A model generated the notes under the pieces. The model ran no database searches. It was not told where the DNA came from and was given only the letters and a program-made list of their open reading frames with translations. The translations under genes and the position numbers were made by a program. Shown piece after piece: positions 1-9,949 of a stretch of 64,000 nt of DNA. How positions within the stretch are numbered: the stretch's first letter is position 1; each line of letters opens with the position of its first letter. Origin of the DNA: an uncultured Acidobacteriota bacterium (lineage in GTDB: Bacteria > Actinomycetota > Acidimicrobiia > Spongiisociales > ZC4RG35); NCBI GenBank assembly GCA_963810465.1, contig CAWENM010000003.1, positions 257,578 through 321,577 of the forward strand, given 5' to 3'.

Positions 1-1073
1 TCGGGTTTGGCAATCCCGATATCCCGTCTCCCGATGTTGCAGTGGACGCTCTCGTCGAGGCAGCAAGACAACCGGCGAATCATCGCTATTCCGCCTCTCG
101 TGGCATCGATGACCTGAGAGAGGCCCTGGCCGGGCGATATCGGCGCCGCTTCGGGGTGGAGCTCGACCCGGAGACCGAGGTCATCTCGACCATCGGCTCC
201 AAGGAAGGTCTGTCCCACCTGATGTGGGCACTTCTACAACCCGGGGACGCAGCCATCGTGCCCGATCCCTCCTATCCGATTCACATCTACGCCCCGGTGA
301 TAGCCGGTGCTGAGGTGCGCACCGCTCCGATCGGATCCGAATCGGACTATTTCGATGTCGTGCATCGGATGTTCCATGATTCCTGGCCAAGGCCGAGGGT
401 GATCATCGTCAGCTTCCCCCACAACCCCACCGCGGCCACGGTCGACCTCGGGTTCTTCGAGAAACTCGTCGATCTGGCCCGCGAGAACGAAGTCGTCCTG
501 GTCCACGACTTCGCCTATGCCGACATCGGCTTCGACGGCTACCGACCCCCCTCTCTGCTCGAAGTTCCGGGGGCCAAGGAAGTCGCCGTCGAGATCTACT
601 CGTTGACCAAGGGTCATTCGATGGCGGGTTGGCGCGTCGGATTCATGGCAGGGAACGCCGAGGTGGTCGCGGCCCTTGCCAAGCTCAAGAGCTATCTCGA
701 TTACGGAACGTTCCAGCCGATCCAGATCGCTGCCGCTGCCGCCTTGAACGAGGGCGATGAATTCGTCGAGAACGTGAACGTCGTGTACCAGGAGCGCCGG
801 GACGTCCTGGTCGACGGTTTGGCCGATCTCGGCTGGAAGATGGATCGACCAAGGGGGACCATGTTCGTCTGGGCACCGGTCCCGGGGCCATACGAGGACC
901 TGTCCTCGGTGGAGTTCTCTATCCATCTACTCGAGACGGCAGGGGTGGCGATCAGCCCTGGAGTTGGCTTTGGCCCGAGTGGTGAGGGCTTCGTCCGGTT
1001 CGCACTTGTCGAGGAAGGGTCGCGGATCGAGCAGGCGGTGGCGCGGATCGGCCAGGCCCTCGACCGTCTGTAG
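1..1073 (+). CDS. Class I/II PLP-dependent aminotransferase (alanine/aspartate aminotransferase-like), 5' end outside window
   Basis: ORF 42..1073 is open to the window edge. It has aminotransferase-I fold motifs ([21 protein letters not shown] with the PLP-lysine context). 343 aa is about 60 aa short of typical, so the N-terminus lies upstream. Confidence 0.8.
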   Translation, partial: GFGNPDIPSPDVAVDALVEAARQPANHRYSASRGIDDLREALAGRYRRRFGVELDPETEVISTIGSKEGLSHLMWALLQPGDAAIVPDPSYPIHIYAPVIAGAEVRTAPIGSESDYFDVVHRMFHDSWPRPRVIIVSFPHNPTAATVDLGFFEKLVDLARENEVVLVHDFAYADIGFDGYRPPSLLEVPGAKEVAVEIYSLTKGHSMAGWRVGFMAGNAEVVAALAKLKSYLDYGTFQPIQIAAAAALNEGDEFVENVNVVYQERRDVLVDGLADLGWKMDRPRGTMFVWAPVPGPYEDLSSVEFSIHLLETAGVAISPGVGFGPSGEGFVRFALVEEGSRIEQAVARIGQALDRL

Positions 1074-1082
1074 CCTGGTCTG

Positions 1083-2108
1083 ATGTCCTTTCCGGACGGC
1101 ATCGCCGATTTTCGATCCGACACGGTCACCCGACCCACACCGGAGATGATCGCGGCCATGGCGTCGGCGCCGCTCGGTGACGACGTGTACTCGGACGACC
1201 CGACGGTCAATCTCCTCGAGGAGGAGTCGGCGGCGGTGACCGGGAAGGACGCCGCCATCTACGTGCCGACCGGGACGATGGGGAACCAACTCTCGATCAT
1301 GGCGCAGACGAACCCGGGCGAGGAGGTTCTCGCCCACGAGGGGAGTCACGTTCGCAGCATCGAGGCCGGGGCGCCCCAGGCTCTCTCCGGTGTCGGGTTT
1401 CGGACTGTCAGCGGGGATGGCGGCCGGATCGAGCCAGAGGATGTGGAGCGGGCAATGGCGATGTCCGGCTTCTTCCCCAGGATCGGCCTGATGGTGTGGG
1501 AGAACACGCACAATCTCTCCGGAGGGAGGGTGATACCCCTCGATGTCATGGAGAAGACCTCCGCGGTGGCGAGGACGCACGGGCTGAGCATCCATGTAGA
1601 CGGTGCCCGGATCTTCAATGCCGTCGCTGCAAGCGGCGTGACCGCCGATCGGTATGCCGCCGTGTCGGACACCATCCAGTTCTGCTTCTCCAAAGGGCTC
1701 GGCGCACCGGTCGGGTCGATCGTTTGCGGTCCCGCCGATCTGATCTCCGAGATCCGATATCTCCGCAAGCGACTCGGTGGGGGGATGCGTCAGGCCGGTG
1801 TCATCGCTGCTGCGGCGCGGGTTGCTCTCGCCGGGCGTGACCGACTCGTCGAGGACCATGCCCTGGCTCGCGACCTGGGCGACTCCATCGCCGGGAGGTT
1901 TCCCGAAGCCGTCGACCCATCGCAGGTCGAGACCAACATGGTCAGGGTCCAGTTCGCTGCTCTGGGCGTCGAATGGCCCGAGATGAAGGAACGGTTGGAC
2001 GGTGCGGGGATCAAGGTAAACCCCCCGCTCGCCGGCGGATGGCGGATCGTCACCCACCGAGACGTCGATTCCTCGGACGTGGAGCGCCTGCTCTCGATCC
2101 TTTCGTAA
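1083..2108 (+). CDS. ltaE: Low-specificity L-threonine aldolase (beta-eliminating lyase family)
   Basis: The N-terminus [10 protein letters not shown]...[11 protein letters not shown]...VPTGTMGNQ is the characteristic threonine aldolase signature. 341 aa. Confidence 0.8.
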   Translation: MSFPDGIADFRSDTVTRPTPEMIAAMASAPLGDDVYSDDPTVNLLEEESAAVTGKDAAIYVPTGTMGNQLSIMAQTNPGEEVLAHEGSHVRSIEAGAPQALSGVGFRTVSGDGGRIEPEDVERAMAMSGFFPRIGLMVWENTHNLSGGRVIPLDVMEKTSAVARTHGLSIHVDGARIFNAVAASGVTADRYAAVSDTIQFCFSKGLGAPVGSIVCGPADLISEIRYLRKRLGGGMRQAGVIAAAARVALAGRDRLVEDHALARDLGDSIAGRFPEAVDPSQVETNMVRVQFAALGVEWPEMKERLDGAGIKVNPPLAGGWRIVTHRDVDSSDVERLLSILS

Positions 2109-2138
2109 CGACGGACCGCATCTCCGAGTCGGATACTG

Positions 2139-3080
2139 GTGAGTGTCGGAATCCTGTTCCCGGGTCAGGGAAGCCAGACCGTGGGCATGGGAGCCGACCT
2201 CTTCGATGCGAGACAGGACCTGCTCGGCGACCGAGCCGACGAGATCCTCGGGTTCTCGCTCCGCACATTGTGCTTGGACGGCCCCGAGGAGGAGCTGACC
2301 CGAACCCAACACGCTCAACCCGCGCTCTTCGCCCTTTCCTATGCCCTCTGGGACACGGCCGTGTCCGGGAGCGACTTAGACCCGGGAGGAGCGGCCGGTC
2401 ATTCCCTCGGCGAATACACCGCACTGGCGGCCGCCGGAGTCTTCGACTACGACACCGCCCTCGGCCTCGTGGCGCTGAGGGGCAGGGCGATGGCTCGCGC
2501 AGCGGATCGTGAGAGCTCCGGGATGGCAGCCCTTATCGGCGCCGATCGGGATCGAGCGGATGAGGTCGCCTTGGCCCGACGAGAGCTCGGGGGCAGGTTG
2601 GAGGTGGCCAACGTGAATACCCCCGGTCAGATAGTCGTCGCCGGAGGGAGTGACGACCTGGAATGGCTGGCGGAGCACGGCTCCGGGTTCGGGATCCGAC
2701 GGGTAGTGCCCTTGAACGTCGCGGGGGCGTTTCACAGCCAGTTCATGGTTCCAGCACAAGACCAGGTGACGACTGCTCTCGAGACGATCGAGATATCCGA
2801 GCCCCGGTTCCCGGTGTGGTCAAACACGACGGCCAGGCCACATCATGTCGGGGAGATCGGCGATCTCCTTTCCCGTCAGATGACCGAGACGGTGCTCTTC
2901 TCCGACTCCCTGCTCGACATGTCGGCAGCCGGGATCGACACCTTCATCCACATCGGCCCCGGTGACGTGACTGCGGGTCTGGCCCGCCGGACCGTAGAGG
3001 GCGCCGCGGTGCACACCATCTCCCGCATCGACGACATCCGGACCGTGTTGGACGCCATCGTTACGATGAACGGACACTGA
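2139..3080 (+). CDS. fabD: Malonyl-CoA:ACP transacylase
   Basis: GTG start. Motifs FPGQGSQ and GHSLGEY (active-site Ser) are present. First gene of the fab operon. Confidence 0.9.
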   Translation: MSVGILFPGQGSQTVGMGADLFDARQDLLGDRADEILGFSLRTLCLDGPEEELTRTQHAQPALFALSYALWDTAVSGSDLDPGGAAGHSLGEYTALAAAGVFDYDTALGLVALRGRAMARAADRESSGMAALIGADRDRADEVALARRELGGRLEVANVNTPGQIVVAGGSDDLEWLAEHGSGFGIRRVVPLNVAGAFHSQFMVPAQDQVTTALETIEISEPRFPVWSNTTARPHHVGEIGDLLSRQMTETVLFSDSLLDMSAAGIDTFIHIGPGDVTAGLARRTVEGAAVHTISRIDDIRTVLDAIVTMNGH

Positions 3081-3090
3081 GGAGACCATC

Positions 3091-4176
3091 ATGAGGAACG
3101 CCGAGATAACTGGCTGGGGCATGTGCATGCCCCCCAACGTGCTGACCAACCACGATCTCGAGCGACTCGTCGACACCTCCGACGAATGGATCACCACCAG
3201 GACCGGGATCAAGGAGCGACGAATCAGTCACGTCGAAGCGTCCGAGCTTGCCGCAGTGGCCGGTCTCCGAGCACTCGCGGCAGCCGGTAAGACCGTGAAC
3301 GACCTCGACCTGATCCTCGTCGCAACGTGTTCGGGCGACTCGATCATTCCCTCTACGGCGTCGGTAGTGCAGCGGCACATGGAAGCCTGGAACGCGGCTG
3401 CCCTGGACCTCAACGCAGCCTGCTCCGGTTTCGTATATGGACTGGTCGTCGCCACCAACATGATCCGGGGCGGCACCAACAACACGGTCCTGCTGATCGG
3501 AACGGAGAAACTCCATTTCGTGACCGACTTCACCGACAGGACCACATGCGTCCTGTTCGGAGATGGGGCCGGGGCAGTGGTGCTGGAGCCGACCGACGAG
3601 CAGATCGGGCTCCTCTCCTCGGAACTGGGCATGGACGGATCAGTGGGCCACATCCTCGCCGTGCCCAGGGACGGCAGCGCGGGCGACCCGGGGCCGATCG
3701 ACCCCAGAGAGTCGGCGATCGGCATGGAAGGGCCTGAGGTCTTCCGGCGTGCGGTCACCACGATGGGGGACTCGGCTGCCCGCGCGATCAAGGACGCCGG
3801 TCTCTCGCTCGAGGATGTCGACCTGGTCATCCCGCATCAGGCCAACACGAGGATCATCGATGCAACCGCCCGCCGCCTCGGCATCGATGAGAGCAAGGTC
3901 TTCGTCAACATCGAGTCCTACGGCAACACGTCTGCGGCGACCATCCCGGTCGCCCTGACCGAGGCCCTGGAGCAGGGCCGGGTGAAGCCGGGCGACAACA
4001 TCGTGTTCACCGCGTTCGGTGGCGGGCTCAGCTGGGGATCGGCTGTGTACAGGTGGGGGGAGCGTGTCGAGCCACTCGGCGAAAGCGATGTCGAGTTGCC
4101 GCCGCCCGACCGAAACGCCATGGAATTGCTCCAGGCAAACTTCGACTTCTTCGGCCTCCCCGAAAAGCTCACGTGA
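3091..4176 (+). CDS. fabH: 3-oxoacyl-ACP synthase III
   Basis: ITGWGMCMPP...TSDEWITTRTGI...AACSGF (active Cys) and the C-terminal GFGGGLSWG are the FabH signature. Confidence 0.9.
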   Translation: MRNAEITGWGMCMPPNVLTNHDLERLVDTSDEWITTRTGIKERRISHVEASELAAVAGLRALAAAGKTVNDLDLILVATCSGDSIIPSTASVVQRHMEAWNAAALDLNAACSGFVYGLVVATNMIRGGTNNTVLLIGTEKLHFVTDFTDRTTCVLFGDGAGAVVLEPTDEQIGLLSSELGMDGSVGHILAVPRDGSAGDPGPIDPRESAIGMEGPEVFRRAVTTMGDSAARAIKDAGLSLEDVDLVIPHQANTRIIDATARRLGIDESKVFVNIESYGNTSAATIPVALTEALEQGRVKPGDNIVFTAFGGGLSWGSAVYRWGERVEPLGESDVELPPPDRNAMELLQANFDFFGLPEKLT

Positions 4177-4922
4177 GTGATCCTGGCGAGGGGAGGGTCG
4201 CCCTGGTCACGGGCGGTTCGAGGGGGATCGGCAGGGCGATCGCCCTTCGCCTTGCTTCGTCCGGTCATCCGGTGGCGGTGAACTACGCCCGTCAGCCTGA
4301 AGCCGCAGCCGAGGTCGTGGAGGAGATCATCCGGGCTGGGGGTAGGGCTGTCGCCTATCAAGCTGATGTCTCCGAAGGCAAGGAGGTCGAGGCGATGTTC
4401 GCATCGGTCGGCGAGGATCTCGGCCCGGTCACGGTGTTGGTCAACAACGCCGGCATCACCGCTGACAATCTCTTGCTGCGCATGAGCTCGGACGACTTCG
4501 ACCGGGTGATAGCCACCAACCTGAAGTCGGTCTACGTCTGCACCCGTCTCGCGCTGCGTCCCATGCTCCGGGCGCACTGGGGGAGGGTGGTATCCATCGC
4601 CTCGGTGGCCGGGATCACCGGCAACGCCGGGCAATCCAACTACGCCGCCTCGAAGGCCGGGATGATCGGATTCTCCAAGGCGGTGTCGAAAGAGGTCGGA
4701 TCCAGAGGGATCACAGTCAACGTGGTGGCGCCCGGGTTCATCGCTACCGATCTGACCGAAGACCTGAGTCAGGGGGTCAAAGACGAGGCTGTCAGCCGCA
4801 CCGCCCTCCGGCGATTCGGCGAGGCCGACGAGGTGGCAGCGGCTGTGGAGTTCCTCGCCTCCGACGCCGCCTCTTACATTTCGGGTCAGGTGCTTGCCGT
4901 CGACGGCGGCCTGGCCTTGTAA
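4173..4922 (+). CDS. fabG: 3-oxoacyl-ACP reductase (SDR family)
   Basis: In-frame GTG at 4173 overlaps the fabH TGA (GTGA), giving 249 aa. VTGGSRGIGRAIA Rossmann motif, NNAG, and the YAASKAG catalytic Tyr/Lys are present. The ORF-track upstream extension overlaps fabH and is rejected. Confidence 0.88.
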   Translation: MSDPGEGRVALVTGGSRGIGRAIALRLASSGHPVAVNYARQPEAAAEVVEEIIRAGGRAVAYQADVSEGKEVEAMFASVGEDLGPVTVLVNNAGITADNLLLRMSSDDFDRVIATNLKSVYVCTRLALRPMLRAHWGRVVSIASVAGITGNAGQSNYAASKAGMIGFSKAVSKEVGSRGITVNVVAPGFIATDLTEDLSQGVKDEAVSRTALRRFGEADEVAAAVEFLASDAASYISGQVLAVDGGLAL

Positions 4923-4956
4923 CTTTCCGCCAAACAATTCCAGGAAGGAGGAATCA

Positions 4957-5202
4957 GTGGAAAGAACTGAAGTAGCCGACCGGCTGAGCGAGGTGCTCGT
5001 ATCCGAGCTCGGGCTGGAGCAGTCGAAGATCTCCGAGGAGGCGCACTTCGAGGAGGACCTCGACGTGGACAGCTTGGGCGTCGTGGAGCTTCTCATGGCT
5101 CTCGAGGACGAGTTCGGGGTGAAGATCCCGGATGAGGAAGCGGAGTCGATCATGACAGTTGGCCAGGCGATCGACGTGGTGTACGGAAAGCTCGGAGGCT
5201 GA
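4957..5202 (+). CDS. acpP: Acyl carrier protein
   Basis: AGGAGG Shine-Dalgarno at 4947-4952, then GTG at 4957; 81 aa. LDVDSLGVVELLMALEDEFG carries the phosphopantetheine-attachment Ser in a DSL motif. Confidence 0.9.
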   Translation: MERTEVADRLSEVLVSELGLEQSKISEEAHFEEDLDVDSLGVVELLMALEDEFGVKIPDEEAESIMTVGQAIDVVYGKLGG

Positions 5203-5206
5203 TCTG

Positions 5207-6457
5207 ATGGCACCCGAGCGACGGCGGGTCGCCGTCACCGGGCTCGGGGCGGTCACTCCACTTGGAGAAGACGTCGGTTCGACCTGGGACGGGATGTTGT
5301 CGGGCAAGTCGGGGATCGGCACGATCAGCCTGTTCGACACCGAGGGGTACCGCACGACGATCGCCGGCGAGGTCCGGGGTTGGGAGCCGGAGAAGCACTT
5401 CGATCGACGGGAGGTGCGGAGACTCGACCGGTTTGCCCAGTTCTTCCTGGTCGCCGTTCGCCAGGCCCTGGAACAAGCAGGCTTGTCCTTCGAAGAGGAT
5501 GACCCTGCGGCGGCCAGGGCCGGTGTCGTGGTTGGCGCGGGGTTCGGTGGAATGGGGTCGTTCATCGACGAGATCGTCACGCTCACGGAGAGGGGGCCGG
5601 ACCGGGTCAGCCCCACCGGTGTCCCTCGAGTGATCCCCAACATGGCTGCCGGGCTGGCTTCGATCGAGCACAACCTCCTCGGGCCGGTCTCATGCGTCGT
5701 GACCGCTTGCTCTGCATCGGCCAACGCCATCGGCGACGGCGCCGAGCTGATCCGGCGTGGAGCGGCGGATGTCGTGGTTGCCGGTGGTTCCGAGGCAGCA
5801 ATCACCACATTTGGAATTGCCACCTTCGCCCAGGCGAGGGCGCTTTCCAGCCGGAACAGCGAGCCACAGAGGGCGTCGCGTCCCTTCGACGCCGAACGTG
5901 ACGGATTCGTGATGGGTGAGGGCGGGGCCGCGCTCGTCCTCGAAGACATGGAAAAGGCCCTCGATCGTGGGGCGCCGGTGCTGGCCGAGTTGACCGGCTA
6001 CGGGATGTCAGCCGACGCGTATCACATCACCCTGCCCCGGCCGGGAGGGAGCGGCGCGGCACGGGCCATGGTCAATGCCGTCGACGACGCCGGTCTGACT
6101 CCGGAGGAGATCGGGTACATCAATGCCCACGGCACATCCACCGAGGCCAACGATTCGACCGAGACCGCGGCGATACGAATCGCCATGGGTGCGGCGGCAG
6201 ATTCCACCCCGGTCTCCTCGACGAAGTCGATGACCGGTCACATCCTGGGTGGCGCCGGGGCCGTTGAGGCGGTCGCCTGCATCATGGCGCTACGTGACCA
6301 GGTGCTGCCTCCGACGATCAACTACGAGGTGCCCGACCCGGAATGTGATCTCGATTACGTCCCCAACGTCAAGCGGGAGGCTTCGCTACGCCATGCGATG
6401 TCGAACTCGTTCGGATTTGGAGGACACAACGTTTCATTGATCTTCAGCAAAGCCTGA
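5207..6457 (+). CDS. fabF: 3-oxoacyl-ACP synthase II
   Basis: ATG at 5207, 5 nt after the acpP stop. VVTGLGAVTPLG...TACSAS (active Cys)...NAHGTST...FGFGGHN gives the KAS-II catalytic triad context. 416 aa. Confidence 0.9.
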   Translation: MAPERRRVAVTGLGAVTPLGEDVGSTWDGMLSGKSGIGTISLFDTEGYRTTIAGEVRGWEPEKHFDRREVRRLDRFAQFFLVAVRQALEQAGLSFEEDDPAAARAGVVVGAGFGGMGSFIDEIVTLTERGPDRVSPTGVPRVIPNMAAGLASIEHNLLGPVSCVVTACSASANAIGDGAELIRRGAADVVVAGGSEAAITTFGIATFAQARALSSRNSEPQRASRPFDAERDGFVMGEGGAALVLEDMEKALDRGAPVLAELTGYGMSADAYHITLPRPGGSGAARAMVNAVDDAGLTPEEIGYINAHGTSTEANDSTETAAIRIAMGAAADSTPVSSTKSMTGHILGGAGAVEAVACIMALRDQVLPPTINYEVPDPECDLDYVPNVKREASLRHAMSNSFGFGGHNVSLIFSKA

Positions 6458-6467
6458 TGATCAAATG

Positions 6468-6487
6468 AGTACCAAGAACTTGGTACC
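6468..6487. terminator. Perfect palindrome AGTACCAAGAACTTGGTACC between convergent genes (candidate bidirectional terminator)
   Basis: Seen directly: GTACCAAG / CTTGGTAC arms lie 10 nt after the fabF stop and 18 nt before the stop of the convergent gene at 6505. AT-richer than the surroundings. Confidence 0.5.
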
Positions 6488-6504
6488 AGGGACGGCTCCA
6501 TGCG

Positions 6505-6756
6505 CTAGCGCTTGGAGCCTTCTCTCCATTCGGCCAGGGAGCGATAGACCAGGACCAGGACGAGGGCCACGCCCACGGTGACGACCAGGAATGAGACGAT
6601 CGCGACCAGGGCGGCCCATCCCGAACACGTGGTGAAACCACCCGCTCCATCGGGTTGCCGACAGCTCACGTCGGTGACGATCCAGCCGAGGACGCCGGCG
6701 AGGAGGCCGAGGCCGAGGGCGGGGATCGCAATCCATGGGTTCGGCCTCCGCCTCAC
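6505..6756 (-). CDS. Small two-helix membrane protein (hypothetical)
   Basis: The C-terminal 84 codons of the 6505..7089 minus frame are strongly hydrophobic (WIAIPALGLGLLAGVLGW...ALVAIVSFLVVTVGVALVLVLVY). An in-frame GTG at 6756 overlaps the upstream gene's TGA (GTGA). The rest of that ORF is Arg-rich alternate-frame noise. Confidence 0.4.
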   Translation of the reverse strand: MRRRPNPWIAIPALGLGLLAGVLGWIVTDVSCRQPDGAGGFTTCSGWAALVAIVSFLVVTVGVALVLVLVYRSLAEWREGSKR

Positions 6757-7499
6757 CGAGCCGGGCGCCCATGCTCGTCGATGTCGGCCGAATCGAGGAC
6801 CTCTCTCGGGGTGAGCTCGGGTGGGATCGGGTGCACTGTCCCCACCTCGCGGGGCGGGTGAAAGGCCACCCCGACCGATGGGTGCCAGGCCAGTGCGGCG
6901 ACGACGATCCCCGAGACAGCAGAAACGATGGCCGGCGCCAACCATTGCGTGAATGCCAGCCCGACAGCCAGGGCGGGCCAGATGATCCGAACTGCCAACA
7001 GTCCTCCCGGGAACACCCTGGCGAACCACAACGCAGCCAGCGGTGCCGTGAGCCCTACGACCACCGTCCCCACGGACGCCTCGTCCCAAGCCGCGATTCC
7101 GATTGGGAACGGGAGTCCGATGAGCAGGAGGGGGAGGACGACGGCTCGAACGGGGGGACCACTCGCCACAGGCAGCTTCCGCAGCCCGGCGGTGAGAGTG
7201 GGGGAGAAGAGAGCGATACCGGACAGCACCGTGCCGACGAGGGCGACGATCCAGAGGGCGTCGATGGGGCGCAGGACAGCGAGGGACAACATCGCAGCCA
7301 CCGCAACCAGCAGGGTCCGGTGGGCCCAGCGTCCCCCGGTCACGGTCACGCCGACCATGCCCACGGTGGCCGGGGCGAGAAGACCGGTCACGATCAACAG
7401 GACCGAGCCCGGCGAGAAGGGCCCGCTATCGATTCCCAATGCCGCGGCCCAGAGCAGCGCGGCGACGAGGGGCGTGCATGCCAGCAGGGGAACTGTCAC
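6753..7499 (-). CDS. Polytopic integral membrane protein (hypothetical)
   Basis: 248 aa, almost entirely hydrophobic, with multiple predicted TM helices. Convergent with fabF. The overlapping plus-strand ORFs (6735..7703, 6928..7674) are low-complexity Arg/Pro frames. Confidence 0.55.
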   Translation of the reverse strand: MTVPLLACTPLVAALLWAAALGIDSGPFSPGSVLLIVTGLLAPATVGMVGVTVTGGRWAHRTLLVAVAAMLSLAVLRPIDALWIVALVGTVLSGIALFSPTLTAGLRKLPVASGPPVRAVVLPLLLIGLPFPIGIAAWDEASVGTVVVGLTAPLAALWFARVFPGGLLAVRIIWPALAVGLAFTQWLAPAIVSAVSGIVVAALAWHPSVGVAFHPPREVGTVHPIPPELTPREVLDSADIDEHGRPAR

Positions 7500-7526
7500 C
7501 GGCCAAAGTTTCGCAGGACGCTCCGC

Positions 7527-8201
7527 TCAGGCGGAAGTCGGACCGTCCGGGCTACCGGCGTGCTCCAGGACACGGAGACCTCGCTTCTCTCCAAAGCGCG
7601 GGGAATCGCCTGGCTCCCAGACCGTCTCCACCCGCCATGCCGGGCCGGGACGAAGAGTCACCACAGTGCCATGACCGGGCTTCTCCTGGTGGAGCCCGCC
7701 TAGCGGTGAGCCGATCAGCCGGAGGATCCCGGCCTGGATCGGGTCCTGATGAGAGACGATGACGACATCGCCATGGGGATGCTCCGAGTCGAGCCTCCTC
7801 GCCACGGAGGCCATGCGCTCTGCCAATTCCTCGAGGGTCTCAGCGGGGAAGTCAAGGGTCTCTGGGTGCTCGAGGTATGCCTCGAGGTCACCGGGGAAGG
7901 TCGCGGGTATGTCCCGCCAGGCATGACCTTTCCAGCGCGCGATCACTTCCCATTCGGTGAGATCGGGGTCGACCTTCACCGGAACTCCGGTTCGGGCGGC
8001 TATCTCCTCCGCGGTGCGGAGGGACCGCTCGAGGGGTGAGGACCAGATGGCCACGACCGGCCGGGGGCCCAGATAACGACCCGCCCGCCTCGCTTGCTCC
8101 ACGCCGTGTGGCGAGAGGCCAAATCCTGGGAGATCGGCGTAAACCAGATGCCCGGGGTTGTCCACTTCGGCGTGGCGAACCAGATGTACCAGTGCAGCCA
8201 T
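7527..8201 (-). CDS. Histidine phosphatase family protein (phosphoglycerate-mutase-like)
   Basis: LVRHAEV (catalytic RHG-type motif) lies near the proposed start MAALVHLVRHAEV. The ORF-track 5' extension to 8276 is probably spurious. Confidence 0.7.
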   Translation of the reverse strand: MAALVHLVRHAEVDNPGHLVYADLPGFGLSPHGVEQARRAGRYLGPRPVVAIWSSPLERSLRTAEEIAARTGVPVKVDPDLTEWEVIARWKGHAWRDIPATFPGDLEAYLEHPETLDFPAETLEELAERMASVARRLDSEHPHGDVVIVSHQDPIQAGILRLIGSPLGGLHQEKPGHGTVVTLRPGPAWRVETVWEPGDSPRFGEKRGLRVLEHAGSPDGPTSA

Positions 8202-8246
8202 CCGGTCATTGTTGCCGGTCGTCGGGCAGACCCGAGGTAACTTCAC

Positions 8247-9425
8247 GTGAGGATGTGGTCCGAGCCGATTCTCCATGTGGACCTGGACGCCTTCTTCGTG
8301 GAGGCGGAGAGATTGCGAGATGCCGGCCTGATTGGGAAGCCGGTGGCCGTGGGCGGCACCGGGAACCGCGGCGTGATCGCCAGCGCCTCATACGAAGCGC
8401 GGGCCTTCGGGGTCCGATCCGCCCAACCGACTTCCACTGCGCTCCGTCTGTGCCGTGATCTGGTCGTGGTGCCCCCATCACATGGGTTTTACGGAGACCT
8501 GTCGGCTCGGGTCTTCGAGATGTTCCGTGACTTCACCCCTTACGTCGAGGGTCTGAGCCTCGACGAGGCCTTTCTCGATGTCTCCGGGCTGCGTCGCCAT
8601 TTCTCGACGCCGATCGAGGTTGCTGTGGCGGTGCGGGAGAGGATCCGGGGCCAACTCGGCCTACCCGCCTCGGTTGGGATCGCCTCGTCCAAGTTCATGG
8701 CCAAGCTGGCTTCGGAGGCAGCCAAGCCGGACGGATATCGACACATACCGAAAGAGACCGAGTTGGAATTCCTCCACGCACTCCCCGTGGAGGCACTCTG
8801 GGGCGTCGGGCCAGCCACGCTCGCCGGGCTCCAACGCCTCGGTGTGGTGACGATCGGTGATCTCGCCGAGCTTCCTGAGCCCGCCGTGCTCGGGTCGCTG
8901 GGCCCGTCCCAGGGCCGGCATCTACTCGATCTGGCCCGGGGCGTCGACCATCGGCCGGTGACACCCGATGTCGAGGCCAAGTCGATCTCGGTCGAGGAGA
9001 CCTACGACCAGGATCTCGAAGGCGCCGAGGTCATCGAGACTGCCCTGCTCGCTCATTCGCAGAGACTGGCCGACCGTCTTCATCGGTCGGGGCTTGCTGC
9101 GCGCACGGTGAGTTTGAAGCTGAGATTTGCCGACTTCATCACCGTCACCCGAAGCATGACATCGGGAAAAGTCATCGACGGGGCACGTGATCTCTATGTG
9201 ACTGCGATCGAGCTCCTCGGTCAGGTCGAGATCGACCGTCCGGTTCGTCTCCTCGGGCTGGGGGGATCGGGTCTCGAACCGGCCGGTGAGCCGAGGCAGA
9301 TGCCGATCGGGGCCGAAGGCAACTGGTCCCGAGTCGACGAGGCGGTGGCCGTGGTGCGGGAGCGTTTCGGGGAACATTCTGTTGAGCCAGCCCGTCTTCT
9401 TCGCGGGCCTGGTCCCAATCGATGA
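8247..9425 (+). CDS. dinB: DNA polymerase IV (Y-family translesion polymerase)
   Basis: ILHVDLDAFFVEAE...GKPVAVGG...RVFEMFRDFTP...SLDEAFLDV...HALPVEALWGVGPAT are classic DinB/UmuC motifs. The start may be the ATG at 8253. Confidence 0.9.
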   Translation: MRMWSEPILHVDLDAFFVEAERLRDAGLIGKPVAVGGTGNRGVIASASYEARAFGVRSAQPTSTALRLCRDLVVVPPSHGFYGDLSARVFEMFRDFTPYVEGLSLDEAFLDVSGLRRHFSTPIEVAVAVRERIRGQLGLPASVGIASSKFMAKLASEAAKPDGYRHIPKETELEFLHALPVEALWGVGPATLAGLQRLGVVTIGDLAELPEPAVLGSLGPSQGRHLLDLARGVDHRPVTPDVEAKSISVEETYDQDLEGAEVIETALLAHSQRLADRLHRSGLAARTVSLKLRFADFITVTRSMTSGKVIDGARDLYVTAIELLGQVEIDRPVRLLGLGGSGLEPAGEPRQMPIGAEGNWSRVDEAVAVVRERFGEHSVEPARLLRGPGPNR

Positions 9426-9497
9426 CATCACCGGTGAACTGTCTCCGGCCCGGGTGTATTGTGTCAGAGGGCTGTTATCGGATGTTGAGAGGTTGGC

Positions 9498-9833
9498 ATG
9501 GCCCTCGATGATCACGAACAGAAGATCTTGGCGGAGATAGAGCGTCAGTTCTACGAGGAGGATCCGGAGCTGGCTCGCGCCGTCAGGCAGATCGCCAAGC
9601 CGTCGCGCATCGGCGTACGGCTCGCCATGCTCGGAGTGGTCGCCGGTCTCGCCATCGTCATTGGCTTCTTCGCGTCGAACACAGTGGTCGCTTTCCTCGG
9701 CTTCGGGCTGCTCGTCGGCTCGGCGGTCGCCCTGGTGACCGGGCTCCGGTCACGGGCCTGGCGCTCGACTGACATCGAGCCGCAGGATGAAGAGCCCGGC
9801 CCCGGCTGGCAGGATCCCTTTCGCCGCGACTGA
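9498..9833 (+). CDS. DUF3040-family small membrane protein
   Basis: The N-terminal ALDDHEQKILAEIERQFYEEDPELA is followed by two TM helices, a pattern conserved in actinobacteria. Confidence 0.65.
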   Translation: MALDDHEQKILAEIERQFYEEDPELARAVRQIAKPSRIGVRLAMLGVVAGLAIVIGFFASNTVVAFLGFGLLVGSAVALVTGLRSRAWRSTDIEPQDEEPGPGWQDPFRRD

Positions 9834-9949
9834 TTCCGAGCGGCTAATGTACCCGGCCCTGGCGGTGGTCTCGGGAGGTTCCACCACTTGAGGAGGAGAG
9901 CGTTGGCCTATGACTCTGGGCCAGTGCAGTTGGTATTAGGAAGGGACGC

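Noticed and set aside
927-2318. 463-aa minus-strand ORF
   Set aside because: Antisense to the threonine aldolase and aminotransferase genes. Arg/Pro-rich composition is typical of a high-GC alternate frame.
3918-5213. 431-aa minus-strand ORF
   Set aside because: Antisense to fabH, fabG and acpP. Low-complexity Ser/Arg/Pro. The sense genes have strong motifs.
4954-5949. 331-aa minus-strand ORF
   Set aside because: Antisense to fabF. Composition is artefactual.
6735-7703. 322-aa and 248-aa plus-strand ORFs
   Set aside because: Opposite the hydrophobic membrane-protein gene. Asp/Arg/Gly low-complexity.
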